DNA of 64,000 nucleotides from NCBI RefSeq assembly GCF_963921235.1, contig NC_086097.1, positions 107,324,001 to 107,388,000 on the forward strand. The letters run 5' to 3'. The notes beneath the pieces were generated by a model that saw only the letters and a list, made by a program, of their open reading frames with translations, made no database searches and was not told where the DNA came from. Below, in pieces: positions 62,066 through 64,000 of this stretch (positions within the stretch are counted from its first letter, which is position 1; each line of letters begins with the position of its first letter). Both the position numbers and the translations under genes were made by a program. Source of the DNA: Mobula hypostoma (Eukaryota).

Positions 62066-64000
62066 TCTTTTGGGGCAGGAGTGACCTGTACAAAAAACAT
62101 GAATCCCGGGGGACCAATATCCTGGTGGGGAAGTTTGCTGAGGCTCCTGGGGAGAGTTTAAACTAGAATTGTTGGGGGGTGGGAACCGAACTGAAGAGAC
62201 TGGGGAAGAGGAGGTTGGCTCACAAGTAGAGAAAGCTTGTCGACAGTGCGAGAGGGAGGATAGGCAGGTGATAGAGAAGAGATGCGCTCAGACTGAAAGT
62301 TTGAGATGCGTCTATTTTAACGCAAGGAGTATGTGAACTAAGTGGATGAGCTTAGGGCGTGGATCAGCACTTGGAGATATGATGTGGTGACTATTACAGA
62401 AACTTGGATAGCTCAGGGACCAGGAATGGTTACTTCAATGCCGGGTTTTAGATGTTTCAGAAAGGACAGGGAGGGATGCAAAAGAGGTGGAGGCGTGGTA
62501 CTGTTGATCAGAGATAGTGTCACGGCTGCAGAAAAGGTGGACGCCATGGAGGGATTGCCTATGGAGTCTCTGTGGGTGGAGGTTAGGAACAGGAAGGGTC
62601 AATAACTTTACTGGGTGTTTTTCACAGGCCGCCCAATAGTAACAGGGATATCGTGGAGCAGATAGGGACAAAGATCCTGGAAAGGTGTAATAATAACAGA
62701 GTTGTCGTGATGGGAGATCTTAATTACCCAAATATCGATTGGCATCTCCCTAGAGTGAGGGGTTTAGATGGGGTGGAGTTTGTTAGGTGTGTTCAGGAAG
62801 GTTTCTTTACACAATATGTAGATAAGCCAACAAGAGGAGAGACTGTACTTGATTTGGTATTGGGAAATGAACCTGGTCAGGTGTCAGATCTCTCAGTGGG
62901 AGAGCATTTTGGAAATAGTGAACGTAATTCTATCTCCTTTACAATAGCATTGGAGAGAGATAGGAACAGACAAGTTAGAAAAGCATCTAATTGGATTAAG
63001 GAGAATTATGAGGCTATCAGGCAGGAAATTGGAAGCTTAAATTGGAAACATCTGTTCTCAGGGAAAAGTACAGAAGAAATGAGACAAATATTCAGGGATA
63101 TTTGTGTGGAGTTCTGCACAGGTACGTTCCAATGAGACAAGGAAGTTATGGTAGGGTACAGGAACCGTGGTGTACAAAGGCTGTAATGAATCTTGTCAAG
63201 AAGAAAAGAAAAGATTACAAAAGGTTCAGAGAGCTAGGTAATGTTAGAGATCTAGAAGATTATAAGGCTAATAGGAAGGAGCTTAAGAAGGAAATTAGGA
63301 GAGCCCGAAGGGGCCATGAGAAGGCCTTGGCGGCAGGATTAAAGAAAACCCCAAGGCATTCTACAAGTATGTGAAGAGCAAGAGGATAAGACATGAAAGA
63401 ATAGGACCTACCAAGTGTGACAGGGGGAAGTACGTATGGAACCGGAGGAAATAACAGAGGTACTTAATGAATACTTTACTTCAGTATTCATCTTGGAAAA
63501 GGATCTTGGTGATTGTCGAGATGACTTGCAGCAGACTGAAAAGCTTGAGCATGTAGATATTAAGAAAGAGGATGTGCTGGAGCTTATGGAAAGCATCAAG
63601 TTAGATAAGTTGCTGGGACTGGATGAGATGTACCCCAGGCTACTGTGGGAGGCGAGAGAGGAGATTGCTGAGCCTCTGGCGATGATCTTTGCAACATTGA
63701 TGGGGACGGGAGAGGTTCCGGAGGATTGGAGGGTTGTGGATTTTGTTCCTTTATTCAAGAAAGGGAGTAGAGATAGCCCAGGAAATTATAGACCAGTAAG
63801 TCTTACCTCAGTGGTTGGTAAGTTGATGGAGAAGATCCTGAGAGGCAGGATTTATAAACATTTGGAGAAGTATAATATGATTAGGAATAGTCAGCATGGC
63901 TTTGTCAAGGGCAAGTCGTGCCTTACAATCCTGATTGAATTTTTTGAGGATGTGATTAAACACATTGATGAAAGAAGAGCAGTAGATGTAGTGTATATGG
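62066..64000 (+). mobile_element. CR1 (ORF1 end, APE, linker, start of RT), running off the window
   Basis: YFNARS, ITETW, MGDLNYP, NYRPVSLTS, QHGFVKGKSCL; same subfamily as 21539-27830. Confidence 0.92.

Overview
Vertebrate nuclear DNA dominated by transposable elements, with no confidently supportable host gene. The repeat complement suggests a cartilaginous fish such as a ray or shark (inference): several CR1 LINE subfamilies, V-SINE/HE1-like SINEs with CR1-type 3' tails, Penelope-like elements (PLEs), Rex1/Babar and RTE remnants. The window holds one full-length CR1 (ORF1 esterase plus ORF2 APE-RT) inside a multi-level CR1 nest, many truncated CR1 copies, a near-intact Tc1 (DD34E, IR/DR) transposon, hAT and Tc1 non-autonomous elements, a 1.36-kb solo LTR, and two large tandem arrays born inside retroelements (25-bp unit; 63/75/49-bp units with a 2.25-kb higher-order duplication). 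The most interesting signals are RNA-level. One is a candidate HDV-like self-cleaving ribozyme whose predicted cleavage site coincides with the 5' end of a composite non-autonomous retroposon and which is split by the solo LTR. The other is minimal hammerhead ribozyme motifs in the PLE terminal repeats. All folds and alignments were done by eye; boundaries of degenerate elements are approximate.
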